Positions 1-14,146 of a stretch of 64,000 nucleotides of DNA are shown in pieces. Source of the DNA: Nemertoderma westbladi. Lineage: Eukaryota > Animalia > Xenacoelomorpha. Made by a program: the position numbers and the translations under genes. The stretch spans positions 1 through 64,000 of the forward strand of contig JAUCBJ010000315.1 in NCBI GenBank assembly GCA_032718475.1. Reading direction: 5' to 3'. A model generated the notes under the pieces. The model ran no database searches and was not told where the DNA came from. It was given only the letters and a program-made list of their open reading frames with translations. The stretch's first letter is position 1. Each line of letters begins with the position of its first letter.

Positions 1-567
1 CTACAAAACAAAGACCAAAGACCCATGACTTAAATAATAAAGACCTATACTAAACACATGTTTTAACTTTCGTTTATTGTTTTGGTTCCCACAAAATGCC
101 TCTGTAACCTGCTTCTTTACTAACATATAACACCTGATTTCTCCCAAAAATGAAACTGTACGTTGTTCTATTGAATTTCGTTTATTGTTTTGGTTAGAAT
201 AACGTGCCACTGAAACCTGCTCATTTCCCTTAAATAATATTTTTACATTGAGAGAAGAAATTAATTCACCGAGTTGTGAATTGTTCTTACAAAGCGAGCG
301 CAGAGAGTGAGGTTTGCTTAAATAATCGGTTATTTAACGTTTAATACAGTAGGACCTTTTCATACAATGATCTACGGAATTATATTAAATTATTTAATTA
401 AATTGGGGATCCAAACGCTTAATAAACTAAACTCTCGTATATTCTACTGTTTATGAATATTAATAAAATTTATATCCATTTCATGGAACTAATTGCTGTT
501 ACTAAAAGAACTATATCGTAAACAATAATACATTATCATAATTAATTGTGATTCTCCACATATAACA
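1..567 (+). repeat. Locally duplicated non-coding block U (direct copy at 17141-17707; inverted copy at ~38150-38574)
   Basis: Near-identical sequence at a constant offset of 17140 bp, ending at ...ctccacatataaca in both. Reverse complement present at ~38150-38574. Confidence 0.9.
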
Positions 568-789
568 ATTACCCAATAGGCGTTAGTCGCTCTCCAACTA
601 GAACTCTAGAACATACTGTTTTCTATAAATTATTACTTGTTGTAGTCTTACGACATGAGTCCGCAACGTGGTACTTTGTCACGTTATGAGGATATCACCA
701 GCGCTCTTAATTTGATATTTCTGGAATAGTAAACCTGAGGTTAAGGTTAAGGCACAGCCGATCGCCTCAATGGTTGGAAGGCCCACTTT

Positions 790-1050
790 GAAAACCTCCT
801 CAATAATGACAGAGTATTGCCTGATAACTTTATAGAAGTAAAAGTGTCTGAGTCTGTACTCCCAGATATTCCCATTAGCGATATCTCCTTTGCAGAAGTG
901 AAGGCTGCTGCAAAGAGCATTAAGACCAATCGTGCCAGTGGAGTAGATGGTGTTCACCCTGAGGTCTTTAAAATACCTGAGTGTTTAAAGCTCATCTATC
1001 CCATCATAGTAGACATGTACAGAACAACAAGAGTCCCACTCTTGTTGGGG
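790..1050 (+). mobile_element. Non-LTR (probably RTE-like) ORF2 fragment, region just upstream of the RT core
   Basis: Translation ISFAEVKAAAKSIKTNRASGVDGVHPEVFK matches the typical pre-RT 'KAxGxDGI' motif. Truncated at both ends. Confidence 0.65.
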
Positions 1051-1799
1051 CGAGGTCAGGCCGATTATAGTACTGTACAGTAAGTAGTATTTGGTCTAGT
1101 AGTAGGTCTGCTATTCGTGTGCATCCAACTGCACTAGCGCGCGGACGAGTAGCTCTTACATTATGAAGTAAACGGATGCGTGCTGTGTTACTGGCCAACC
1201 TGCGGTACTGATAAGACTTGACGCGCTAAAAAACGCTCTAGAAACCTGTCGATAAACATAAATGCAAATCCAACAAATGCTAAAGACTTTGCAAAAATTA
1301 TGAGTTTATTTCATTGGAGCTTTTTATGTTTACATATTGTGAAATGCTTTTAAATATGAATTTAAATGAATGAATTTTAATATTAAATACTACCAGTAAA
1401 ACTACTTTATTATTATAATCTATTCGATCGGAAAAGTCAAGGAGAAAATGGTGTGTAAAACGATTCCTTATACAACATTATTTCCACTTTAAATATACTG
1501 CTATTCCTTTATATTTTTTACTGTCACCTGACAATGAACCGTTTAATATGCAGATAACCCTTACATGATTTCACCCACTTTCTCCATTCCTTACAGCGTT
1601 TGGAACATTTTCTACCTGCCAACTATAATTATATAATATAAAACCCTTACACTAGTTCGACCCCTCTTTCCATTCATTACATGATTTCAACGTCCAATCA
1701 AATAATAGTTAATTAACCAATCTCATGTGTTAATGCAAGAGGTGTTCCTAGTAGTGTAAGGATTGGGAATACGATGCCGGGTGGGTTGTATCTTAGCAG

Positions 1800-2402
1800 A
1801 AAAGATGCTGAACAACAATGTTAATCCTTACATAATTTGCCTTATCTCAGCTTACTTTGGATTGAGCAAAATCTTCCTCAAATTCGGCGATCTTGTCGAC
1901 CCAACTCCAATAAAAGTCTCGCGGGGATTGAAACAGGGATCAATCATTTCACCCATCCTCTACAATCTTTACACCTCCAACATCATAAGCAGAATATAAC
2001 ATAGTAACCTCGGATGCCGAATTGACACATCCTGGCTTGGTACAGTGGCCTATGCTGACGATTACCTACTCCTGGGAACCTCGCTTAAATCCGTCGAGAA
2101 GATGTGCGACATACTCATACAGGAAGCCGCTCAGGTATCCCTCCAAATCGACACGAAGAAAACAAAATGGACGATCCTAAACCGTAACTATATGACCCAC
2201 AAGGAATGTTTCATTACAGTCAACGGATCACTAATCCAAATGTCGGACCATCAGAAATTCCTCGGACACAAACTGGGAAATTCTAACCCCGCAAGCAATC
2301 TCCACGATGTTATCCAGACAATAGCCATGATGTCGCAAGTTTTCCATACCAAAGGATGGGCAGCAAGGCGGCTCAACCTAGAGACCATCTTTAAGATGTG
2401 GA
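1800..2402 (+). mobile_element. Degraded LINE reverse transcriptase fragment
   Basis: RT motifs GLKQGSIISPILYNLY and VAYADDYLL, with an internal stop. Interrupted by the CR1 tail at ~2403. Confidence 0.8.
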
Positions 2403-3550
2403 ACAATTCAATTCAATTTTTTCAATTTAATTTACATTTTTTACATTTCTCACGTAAGCACAAACCATAGCACAGTTTAGACTAGGCCATAGCTCTACAG
2501 AGCTAGTGCGGCCAAATTATAACAGGTGATGAAATGTAAATATGGGGGCAAGGGGTGGATATACTAATCAGAGACATAAAGGGCGATGGCGAACACGAAA
2601 TGAGGACGATGGGCTTTCACTGCGTCATAGATGCTTACAAATTATAGTTACTAACATCTAGTTATGAAATTATGTAAATTTTGATAAATAAGTAAATTTT
2701 GGGGAAATAATAATAATAAATAAATTTAAAATAATAAATTTAAATAAATAAGTAAATTTTGGGGAAATAATAATTTAAATAATAACAATTTAGATAAAAA
2801 TAATTTTTTTGGGAAAACTAGTTTTCGGAGTTTTAAATACGATCAAGCAGTGAGAAGAGGTGATATTTTAGGTACTTTATAAAACTGCTTCGAGATTTTT
2901 GTAATTTAATATTTTGGGGAAGGTTATTCCATACTATTGACCCGTCGAAGTGTATTGATTTTTGTGCAACTACTAATCTTGTAGATGGAATAAAGTAGTT
3001 TCCTCGCGAGCTAGATCGAGTGTAATGTTCGTGTACTTGCGAGGATTTTTTAAATAAAGATTTTAATGCTACTGGTTTGTTGCCATGATGTATTGAAAAC
3101 ATGAATTTTGCGACCTCTTGTTTGTATAGTAGATCTAGAGGAAGGATATGTAGGGACTTATAGATAGGGGCGGCGTGTGCCTGGTAGTGGTTGAATGTTA
3201 TAGCGCGGATGACCTTATTTATTTTTATTTGGATTGGATTTAAATATTTTTTGCATGTATTTCCCCAGAGAATTATTCCATAGGATATATAAGGATATAG
3301 CAGGGAGTAGTAAAGAAGTCTAAGTATATTTAAAGGAAATATGTATCGCAATTTATTAAAAATTCCTATAGTTTTAGATATTTTTGACAGGATATAGTCA
3401 CAGTGTGGTTTCCAAGATAATTTATTATCGATTAATGTTCCTAAAAATTTAGTAAATGGTTTCATTTTTATAAGTTGGTCACGGATTTTGATTGGATGAG
3501 TTGTTGTCATTTTTATAAGTTGGTCACGGATTTTGATTGGATGAGTTGTT
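2403..3550 (-). mobile_element. 5'-truncated CR1-clade LINE (RT C-terminus plus 3' UTR)
   Basis: ORF 2833-3573 reads KFLGTLIDNKLSWKPH...LYYSLLYPYISYGIILWG...HYTR...WNNLP. 3' UTR stem-loop at ~2485-2513, TTGAA-like tail at ~2403-2430, and a 45-bp tandem duplication at the truncation point (~3462-3550). Confidence 0.85.
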
Positions 3551-3859
3551 GGATGGTTGTCATAAGTACACACTCGCCGTCCCTGTCATAATCCTACAGA
3601 TTAACTCTGACTATTGGATCCATACGCCAAAAGGATATCGACAAACTCGACGCCTACCACCGCAAGGTGCAATGTGGCCTCTTACTTCTTGGGAACTATT
3701 TGAAGAATAATACACTATATCTACTCTCAGGGACCCCACCATTATCGATCATTGCCTATCGGAGTTGCTATAGAACCTTAGTTAGAACACTTGATTGCCC
3801 CAGTCAGTCTCGAGCTACAGTTACCTTTCCGCACTGCCTCACAACTCAACATGGGTAAC

Positions 3860-4085
3860 TCCCACTTACGTAAGGCCAATCATGGAGTAGACCAATCAAC
3901 TTCTTCTAAATAGGTTTTGATACCATTCACATTCATTTTCCGGAAGCAGTAAACTTCAGTGTCTGGTTCTGCACTGACACTAGTTTCATTGACAACGAAA
4001 CTGAACGATGAATGGTCGCTGGTATCAAAATTAGGTAAACTCATAGTATTAGATACAAAGTCGTCATCATTACATAACAATAAGT
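3860..4085 (-). mobile_element. Small LINE APE-endonuclease C-terminal fragment
   Basis: Translation LCNDDDFVSN...FDTSDHSSFSF...EVDWS contains the SDH motif of APE-type endonucleases. Confidence 0.55.
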
Positions 4086-4432
4086 CTTAATAAGGTTGCA
4101 GGGTTACCCCGCGGATCGGATGGTTCTGCCACAACGAAACGGCCCAGAACGATGAAAACTGTGGAGATTAAGAGCGGTGATATTGTGCTGTCTGGCTGTA
4201 GTCTGACTCAAAGGATAAAAACTGTCTAGGCCTAGTATCGGTATCTTTCTTGATCTTATTGTAGGCAGGCCTACAGCATAGCACGAATCTATTATGTTAT
4301 CACATATATCCGTTTGTGTATTTTTTATTATTATTGTACTATATTTCCTCTAATAATCAATTCTAAATTGAATGAGGTCACACTGATATATTATTCGCAT
4401 TATTTCATCTTATCATCAATTTGTGTCATAAC

Positions 4433-4875
4433 GGGAGTCCATGCTGGGCTCTAACTGCTGAGGACACCAAATCTCTGGATGGCACATTCACAAGAATGCT
4501 ACGCCGGGTTCATTGTGTCAAGTACAATGCACACATCTCCAACCAGACACTATATAACATTGGAGGTGTCTCATTGGTTCCCCCAAGCTTGACACTAGAA
4601 CAAAATCGCCTCCGCTTTGCAGGACATTGCTTTCGCCGTGAGGACCAGCCAGTGCATAATCTTGTACTTTGGCAGCCTCATGGAGTGAATAAGCATGGTG
4701 GACAGCCCATGACTTTCTTGAGACGCATCTTAAAGGACACTGGCCTTAAAGATGCGGATGATCTAGCAAATGTCATAGGTGATAGGGAGTTGTGGCGGTG
4801 CAATTTTGTTGACAAGCCGGCACAGCATTCTTAAAAATGCAGCTGCAATGCAGCATGCCGATCCTAGTAGTAGTA
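4433..4875 (+). mobile_element. 5'-truncated RTE-clade LINE with (TAG)n tail and 10-bp TSD
   Basis: Translation GSPCWALT...LDGTFTRMLRR...RLRFAGHCFR...DRELW; tail gatcc(tag)n. GTGTCATAAC on both sides (4423-4432, 4876-4885). Nearly identical to 52881-53684. Confidence 0.9.
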
Positions 4876-5446
4876 GTGTCATAACAAAATATCCGGTCGA
4901 ACAACTGGTGCATCCCTAAAGTTAACCCAACTTGATTTTCGAAATGTTTTTTTTGCTGCGTAAAGATAATAAATAATTATAATATTGCTTGTTAATATAT
5001 TTGATCATTATCAGTGAGAGTACATCCACATCCTGGTATAATACTGTGTCTTAATTTAGTAATTTCTACACTACACCCCCCCCCCCCCCCCCCCCCCCTA
5101 ATTTTTCTACAAATCTTAATTTGACTGTATGGAATTTGAATAAGACAGTTTCACTTCACTCCTCCTTACTGGTGAATCAGAATTTTGATTTTCGCTTTCA
5201 ATCTTTAGCTATTAGCGCTTAAAAAAGTTATCTCCGTCGATATTGTACTGTAGCAGCCAGAGGCATCCTGTATCACTGTATGCGGTTACCATATAGCGAC
5301 TCGCTGGTACTTAGAAATGATACCAAATCTGTATCATATGAATTTAGATAAAAATTCGCTGAGCCTGAGATACGAGCGCCCGGCAATCTCATTAAGATTT
5401 GATGACTACCTTATATAGTAAGGCTAGTTAATTAGTGATAGGTTAA

Positions 5447-8400
5447 TCAGGGCATTCGGTTTATATCATGCGTGACCACATTCAGATAAAATACCTCCAC
5501 TACTGTTGTACAGGCATAGTATGGTAGGCCTATATTATTCTTCACCATACAGTGATGAGTATCGTATATGGTCAATTCCATGGTGTCGGACGTTGGGGCA
5601 AACCCAAATTTTCGGTTGTTTTTTACTATTTGTAGGAAGTTGTTAATTCAAGGTAAATCAGAGTAATGCTCATACTACCCCAAATTCGAAGCTCTATATG
5701 AGAACACATAATGAGTCCACTGAAAACTACTAGAGTTCTAGAAATTCGAGTTTAAAAAGTGGGTGTCGGACGTTTGAGTTTTGGGACAGTAATTTTTGAG
5801 TTTTGGGACAGTAATTTTTGGCTAAAAATTAACACATTCGTGTAACAGTGCCGATGAGAGCCTTTGCAAATTTTGGCTAACCACAGTGATCAGCAACTAT
5901 TTGGCTACCTATTATTAATTCAACCTTTGCAATATCCTAAATCTAACATACAGTTTTTGTAGTTTGATTGGAATTGAAATGGTGTCGGACGTTTGGATTT
6001 GCCCACTAATCAGGTTCTTTTATTTGTACTTTGTTAGTAATGAATGCGAGGGTTCATATTCGCTTTGTCTTAAACAACATCTCTGCTTTACGGGGGTAGA
6101 AAAATAAAATAATTTCGTTCACAACTTTTCAAACTATGGCATGTTTATCGAACTGTACATTTTTTTATCACTTATTTCTCGAAAACCTTTTATGTGGTGC
6201 TAAATGGTTAAATTATGGTTAACCACAAAAATCTGCAACTATGTGTTTAACTAATATATATCAAACTTTTGTAATATCATTAATCTAACACACAGTTTTT
6301 GCAGTTTGATTGTAAATTAAATGGTGTCTGGCGTTTTGTGTCGGAATTATGGTGTCGGACGTTCCAATTATAACAGACTTATCCAGATTCTTATATTTGT
6401 ACTATTGTGGATAAATCAATGGAAGTATCGTCCCGTGCTGTTACCCCCCTCCCACCGTCGCACTTAGCGATTCCCCCCCCCCCCACCCCACCCCCATTCC
6501 TGTTACCCCCCACCCACCAAACACATACAATATTTCAAAATGTTTCAATCTAGATTACTGATAGGCAAAAACATACTATTATTTTTCTCTCCAAAACAAT
6601 AAACAGATGTTACCAATTTGGGGGAAAGAGCAAGTTATGGAGACGGTAAAAATAAGCAATGATGTTATCAAATGAGGGAAATGAGTAATAAATAATACAA
6701 TTATATACATGGGCTAACAGGAATGGGGGGGGGGGGGGGGTAACATTACTTGAGTCTTGAGCGCGACAACATTTATAACAATGACTCATCTTGAAAGTCA
6801 AATCATTGGCCTAACGAAACAGGTAACAGGTAGCAACAGTCAAATAGTAATAGTGATGGTAATACCAACGACTATTCGACATGCTTATCGAATTATAATT
6901 TAATTGTTGTTCATTGCCGGTTACCCTATGGATTCAGTAGATTAGTTGGGTAGACCTTCAAACGTGGGAATCTCGAAACGTTATGTACTACGGATCCTGG
7001 CCCTTCCCCGGAACAAATTGGCTACTACTTGCTGGAATTAACTGTTGTTTTATGTGACATTTTAATGCCGGGTAAAGCCATCTAATCATGTTTTACATCC
7101 AATCACATGTCACAGTTACATCACAACAGTTACATTTTAGGCATATTTTAGTGCATATTCTGGGCTTCTGTACATGCCTGTTGCCAAGAGCAACAACCAA
7201 TAGCAGAGGCTTTCAGTTCGGCACTTGGACGTTTGTGAAATTTACAAGAGTTTATTTAACACCAAATTTTCTTTACATGCAAGTATGCACTACCACTTTG
7301 TAATAGCTTAATTGATGCTTAATAGATAACCTTGATATTGATACCGAAAACATCAATTTATTCCGTGTACTTTAGAAATTATGACGGATCATAAACTGAC
7401 TTAATTTTGAAGAATTATCTCAAAAAAAGAGATAGTCTCATTCATTTTACTAAATCGGTACAAACGGCCCTTGTGATGACTTTTAAATATAATATTCATA
7501 ATCTATGATAAAAATGGCACCAGAAAGTGTATTCAGTGATAACAAATTATGCATTTTATTTTTTAACTTTTTTGCCCGTTTCTTATGGAATTGACCATAT
7601 GTAAGGTGTAACAGTGTGTGACAAAGGTTAGTGTAGTGTAGGACAAAGCACAATCAGTGTCTCGGCCTGTTACACTTCAGTTAATCTGCTATTCAACCAT
7701 CAATTGAAACCTCTTATAATTTCATTCATTTACTTTGAATTAATTTACTAGTTACAACACATTTTCTGGGGTTACTATTAATTAAGAAAGAAAAAGGGAC
7801 CCTGCTTCTCTTTTGAGATTCAAGTAACTGACTACTATTTAAACAGCTATTTCATATTTTCATGTTTGGATTTTAAGCGAAATACACGTTGGTTAAATCT
7901 TTACAATTTATATTCAGTCTCTAACGCGTAAACCATATAATTAAGCAATCACCTCATTAAATACCTTCATGCAGGCCTCACACAGTGACCACAACAACTT
8001 CACACGATACTGAAAGTAAATATGTAAATGAATTTACATACTAGAATTAGCAGGAGTAGCTAACTTTGGAATTAACTTAGTCTGATTGTGCTGACGGTCT
8101 ACCTACCCTCAGGATGTTGTTATAACTGACAGTAATGTAATCAAAGAACTCCACCACCATTAAATAGCTCCTGTTGCTAAACTAATTTACTACAAGGCGG
8201 AGCTTCTGTAAGATGCTTTGCTACCGGTTTGGCATGTATTTTTGCTGATTTTTGAATTTTGCTTATTTGTAACTCTCTAACTCGGTTTATAAGAAAGCCT
8301 CATGATCAGCCTGTATTATAATAAATCGTCAATATTTCCTAATAATAACACAGGTAGTGGATTATCTACCAAATTAATCTTGATAACATTGCAATGGTTT

Positions 8401-9230
8401 ATGATAGAAAAATTGGCTTATATATTTGGGGGGGATTTACATATAATTACTATCGGTATTTTTGGTGAATAAGTGGTTTCACATTACTCTAACAATTATT
8501 ACCAAGGTATATTTATTTATTTTTTACAACTGCAACACGACAATTTTATGGTCAGCCACGTAAATCCACTTCTTCTCCATCCTCAAAATAGAGCTGTGTA
8601 TTTATGATGAAGGACATATCCATACACAGCTGGGTTGTAAATATATATTTTTATTTAATATCTTTTTTTTCTTTTGGTTTATTTTTCGTACCTTTAGTAT
8701 CTTGTCTGTGCACGTCACCTTATTTTAAAGTCCCACCAATTACAATCTTACATAATTAGAGTTTATCTTGTGCTCTGCTTTAATTTTAATATATATTTTT
8801 ACTGTGTATGATATGGGCATACATGCCTGGATTAAAGATTAATATAATATATATATATTTTAACAATAATTTATTTATGATTTCGGAATATCAATAGCTG
8901 AGAAACTCCCAATAGCTGGCCAATATGATGTGTCTGCAGGGTAACGCTGTGTTTTATCTGTATGATATTCCCAAGGTAATACCCCCATTATAATATCTTC
9001 TAATAGTACCTTTTGCTACTAACAATCAGTCCATAACAAACACCAATATCGTATCATTATGACATGTGTCATTCCAATACTGCATTGTAGCATTCATAGC
9101 GGCATAGCATTCTTAATGCACGCTGCATTGTAGCATGCTAATTGTGGATTGCATGGTGGTGGCCTTTGTTAAGCCAGCAACATGTGGAGCTGCAACACAA
9201 CAGGCCGATTATAGTAGTAGTTGTAGACTT
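5447..9230 (+). repeat. Segmentally repeated block (copy I); paralogs at 30763-36570 (+) and, inverted, 47870-48773 plus 55352-55640
   Basis: Long near-identical stretches, e.g. tcagggcattcggtttatatcatgcg and ggttaaatctttacaatttatattcagtctc. Each copy is interrupted by a different insertion. Confidence 0.85.
5570..7596. mobile_element. Non-autonomous TIR DNA transposon (12-bp TIR GGTCAATTCCAT; TSD ATAT, or TA if termini are TGG/CCA)
   Basis: Termini ggtcaattccat...atggaattgacc. Empty site atcgtatatgtaagg is seen in the paralog at ~30883-30897. Repeated internal motif ggtgtcggacgtt. No transposase ORF. Confidence 0.85.
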
Positions 9231-9239
9231 TCTACATCT

Positions 9240-12200
9240 TTAGTTTAGTTTAATGTTTCCTCAGAACAAGCACCCAAAATACAAAAAACAAAAATGCTAT
9301 AACAAAGGAACATGATTTGGCTATAGCAAAGCTAGTGTAGCCTTACCATATTCCTATAAGAGGAGGAAACGCGGAGAACTGGTGTGATACGGGTGATGCA
9401 GGCGTATGGAGTACGATATAGCTGGGATTAAACTATTAATTTGTTTACCTTTACTGTAGATTGTCATGATAAATTTCTAACTGAGAGAATGCACTGAGAT
9501 ATATACCTTATGGGATACTGAATACTCATGAGATTAGGAGCGGAAAACATTAAAGAAGTGAGATTTAAAAGATGATTGAAAAATTAAATAATTTTTCAAC
9601 CTTTGCATATTAAGAAATTTCCAAATTCAAAAATTTTCTTGCGAAAAATTTGTTAAAAACAAAAATATAGAAAATAGTTATTATTATCACGACCCAGAAA
9701 GAAGATTGATTTTTACTTGTTTTTTGAAATGCATCTTATTACTGCTATCACGAGATATTACTGCTCTCGAGAGGGAATTCCAGAGAAGAGGGCCCTGCAT
9801 TGAAAGGGACTGATGCCGGACTTCAGTGTGCGTACTGGGTAAATGAAAAAGACCAGCGGAGGCAGAGCGAGTATTATATGTGTGAACAGATGATTCTTTA
9901 GTGAATAAGTGAGAAAGAGGATGAGAAGGAGTTCTGTCCAGGAGTTCTTAATGAAAAGGTGAATTTCATACATTAGTATGAGGACCTGGTATTTATACAG
10001 ACGATCTAGTGGTAAAATGCGTAGCTGCTGAAAAATAGGAAAAGATGAGGACTGATAGTGGCTGAAGGTAATACATCGGTCAATTTTATTGAGTTTGGTT
10101 TTGAGGGGACGAGTTATAGATTTGAATGTAAAGGATTCACCATACTATCAACCCGTAAAAAATATAGGGGAAGACTAACGAATAGAAAAAGAGTTCGCAT
10201 TATATGAGCTGGGACAATATGGCGAAGTTAATAGAATAATTCTCCACTCTTGGGTATTTTTTTCAGAATATGGCTGGTGTATTCCCTATATGATAAATTG
10301 GAATCTATTAATATACCTAGATATTTGGATGTTGTTGTGGATCTAATTGTTTTGTTATTAATGCTTATCGGTGGTGGCGGTATTTCTGACTTTGATTTTG
10401 AGAATATTGTATATTCAGTCTTGTCAGTATTTAGAGTTAGTTTGTTTTCAGTTAGCCATTCGGATAACAGTTTGAGTTCAGAACTCATATAGTCGATTAA
10501 TGGAGAGATATTTCGATCGTTGCACATCAGTGAAGAAGTGTCATCGGCAAATAAGGTTACTAATAGGGATGTGCAGTTTGGGAGGTCATTGATGTACAGT
10601 AGAAATAAACTCGGCCCGAGGACCGTACCCTGTGGGATACCACATACTATAGACATAGAAGATGATAAAACATTATCTACTGAAACGAATTGTTGTCTAT
10701 TACTTAGATAACTAGAAATGAGTGCTAGAGGACTTCCGCGGATACCATATATTGGGAGCTTTTTTAATAGAATCGAATGGTCGAGGGTATCAAACGCCTA
10801 TTTTAGGTCTAAACACAGTACAGTCGCAAGTCGGTGGTCATCAAGGGCTTCCCTAAGAGATTCTACGATATTTATAATGGCAAAAGACGTTGTATATTTT
10901 TTACGAAAACCAAACTGGTTAGGTGAAATAATTTTGAATTTTTCTAGATAGGATATCAGATGCGTGTAAATGATGCTTTCAAAGGAGTAAAGATATAGGT
11001 CGGTAATTAGTGGTAGCTAGAGGATCTCCTCCTTTAAACACTGGAATTATTTTTGCAATTATTAGAGACGTTGGAAAATGTCCATGACGAATACTTAGAT
11101 TTATTAAATTAGCTAGATGTGTCAAAATTATTGGGGCAGCGATTTTCACCAAGTAAATAGGAAATGCGTCATTAGAAGAGGTACCATCCTTTAATAGTAG
11201 TAGATTGTAATGGATTTCTACTGGGGTAGTTTCAGATAACAGAAATGAGTTCGGTTTGGAACGACGGATATGCCGAGTTGGACAACGAGCGGACGAAGGC
11301 AGTGCAGAAGCTAATTTAGAACCGATAGTAGAGAAAAACTCGTTAAATTTGTTTGCAATATCTTTAGGGTTAGTGAGCGAGATGACATTACCATTATTGT
11401 TAATGTTTAAGCGCTTGGGAATAGAATGTTTATTATTACGGTGCAATAAAGAATTTATAGTTCCCCAGGTCTTTTTAATATTACTCGAATTTTTGGCAAA
11501 CTCAGCTTCATAGAAATTTTTTCAGCTGCCCGCAACAAACTAGTTAGCTTGTTGCGGTACGACTTATAAGTATTATGGTTCACAGAAGTTGGGTTTGTCA
11601 TGTATAAGCCGTATAATTTGTTTTTCTTATGAATCCCTAAAATAGGCCCAGAAGTAAACCACGGCTTTTTCGCAACAAATTTTTTATGTAACTCTTTGCG
11701 AGGTAAATTATGTTTGCAAATATAATATGTAAAATTTTCATAAAAATTATCAAATTTATTTTCATCTTGAACCGTACTTGAAGAGTATTCCCACGACTGA
11801 AATTCGAGGTCGTGGATAAATTTTTCCTTGCTAAATTGTTTATAGTCAAACACGTATTTCTTTTCGGCAGGTCTAAAATAAGTGGAATAATTGTCCAATA
11901 CTATGAATGTTGGTAAATGGTCCGTGGAGCCCACTTCGCACAAAAAAAACCCCAGGTGAACATATGGCAGAATAAATATTAGTAATTACATGGTCCAACA
12001 GGGTCGCCGAGTGGGGTGTTATTCGGGTAGCTTAGGAAATCGTCTCCGTAAATCCATTTGACGTTACGTTATTTAAATAATTTTGTACTTGTAGTTTATT
12101 GGGGCTCAAGACATCAACATTATAGTCACCCGTTAAAATTACATCATAATTATTACTAGCCAATTTAGCAAGGTGGTCATTGAAAGGGGATTGAAACTGG

Positions 12201-12960
12201 TCCAAATTAACACTCTGAGTACGGTATACACAGCCAATAAAATCAAACGCTTATTAGGGTGATTGCGAGTAATTTCAACCCAGGTGTTTTCAGGGCCGGG
12301 AAAGTGTAGGTCCGGTCTAATGGTACCTTCGAGTTCATTACGTATGTGTATGGCAGTACCGCCTCTATCAAGCTTACCATAAGTTCTATAGTCACAAATG
12401 GGTTTTCTTGTAACCTTCAATGCAAATAGCATCTAGATCATGATCTTTTGTCAAAAAAGTTTCAGAGAAAGTTAAAATGTCAAACTTCGATGACAAAAAG
12501 TGTAGAAAATCCGTGATAGCAGAAAAATTTGACGTAATACTCCTACGATTGAGATGAAACACGGAAAAGCCGTTATGACAGTCATCAAATTTCTGGCTAA
12601 ATTTAGTTTCGTTCAAATATTCATCTGTAATAATATTTGAAACGAGATTTCCATCAGGGTTTATGGAATTAAACATATTATCAGTAGGGTCAGTATCCAG
12701 ACTCATAAGATCTTCCATATCGCAGCCAAATATATCCATATCATTATTGTCAACAGAATTAAAGGAAAACAAATTTAAGTAGCAAATATTACACCAATAA
12801 TTCGCGTCTTTTTGGATCCCATTAGCATAGTCTGTTGGATCCAGGAAGGTGCCACATTGTCTTTGAAATTGGAATCTACATAGGCAACAAAAAAAGGACT
12901 GATCAGTCCGTTCAAATTTTCTATAGCAAAATCCACAGCATACGTCAACATCGGGAGGTC
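9240..12960 (-). mobile_element. Frameshifted CR1-clade LINE ORF2 (PHD-like Cys finger, APE endonuclease, RT)
   Basis: ORF pieces: CCGFC...FCCLC...YWCNIC; FHLNRRSI...FSETFL; TDHLPTF; IIPVFKGGD...NYRPISLL; GIPQGTVLGPSLFLLYINDL; LFADDT. 3' UTR stem-loop at ~9318-9341. Confidence 0.9.
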
Positions 12961-13741
12961 TAAGCGACTGAAAAGCCAGTGTAATTACATACATGTAAAG
13001 TGTCAGACAAGCAGGATGAAAAAAAACAAGGTGATACATCAGAAATCACATTATCGTATAACCGATCCCCACCTCATTAAAAAGTATTATTAATAATTAT
13101 AATTTTTATAATTAATTATTATTATTATTAATTAGTCCATTTATGTTGGACTAATTATCTTGGTATCATTCAACTAGAAACTCGTACATTAACAACTAGC
13201 TTTGCAATAGCGTTTGATTAACATAAGTCATGTTTAAATTACTTAATAATTTACTAAATATTATCAGGATCATTTTTATGTTCCGGAACCTAAATCTCTA
13301 CCATTCATTAAAAGTCTCATTCACCCCATCCATTTTTATCCCATAAAGTTCCATCCATCGGATATAACTGGCGCTGTAATTGGCTACCTTACGTCAGAGG
13401 AGGCCACCAGTCCCTCCTCTTCATAATTGGTTAATTAATCGTAAATAAACTGTCAACCCATCTGTTATTACTAAGGCCCTTCTTGTTGTAGCTAAGAGTG
13501 AGACTACAATGATATGGAGTTATGTCGCTAAACTTAGGCCTAATGTTAAGGTATTCTGTTCTCGGTACATTAACGAGGTTTACGCTTCAATTGCTCTCTT
13601 ATCTTCGGATTACCAATGTTTCTATTTGGGGATTCTCTCATAACTGTCTCTCTCAAAAGTGCTGTGTAGGTATAAACTTGCGTACTGGTGGTACTATGTG
13701 TGTTTAGTGCTGTTCTTCCGGTCCCTGGAGTGTCTGGTTGC

Positions 13742-14146
13742 TGGAGTCCATGCTGGTCTCTAACTGCTGAGGACACCGAATATCTGGATGGCACATTCAC
13801 AAGAATGCTACGCCGGGTTCACTGTGTTAAGTACAATGTACTCTCATTGGTTCCCCCTAGTTTGACACTAGAACAAAGCCGCCTCCGCTTTGCGGGACAT
13901 TGCTTTCGCCAAGACGACCAGCCAGTGCATAATCTTGTACTTTGGCAGCCTCATGGAGTGAATAAGCATGGTGGACAGATCATGACTTTCTTGAGATGCA
14001 TCTTAAAGGACCCTGGCTTTGAAGATGCGGATGATCTAGCAAATTTCATGGGTGATAGGGAGTTGTGGTGGCGCAATTTTGTCGACAAGCCGGCACAGCA
14101 TTCTTAAAAATGCAGTTGCAATGCAGCATGCCGATCCTAGTAGTAG
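13742..14146 (+). mobile_element. RTE 3' fragment (older copy, duplicated with the block; paralog ~46955-47340 minus)
   Basis: Same RTE C-terminal translation and gatcc(tag)n tail. Confidence 0.85.

Noticed and set aside
1-210. 69-aa ORF repeated at 17141-17350
   Set aside because: No ATG start or recognisable domain; similarity reflects the recent duplication of block U.
4090-4250. Short GC-richer segment translating as KTVEIKSGDIVL, reminiscent of a BEL integrase tail
   Set aside because: Too short to support a call.
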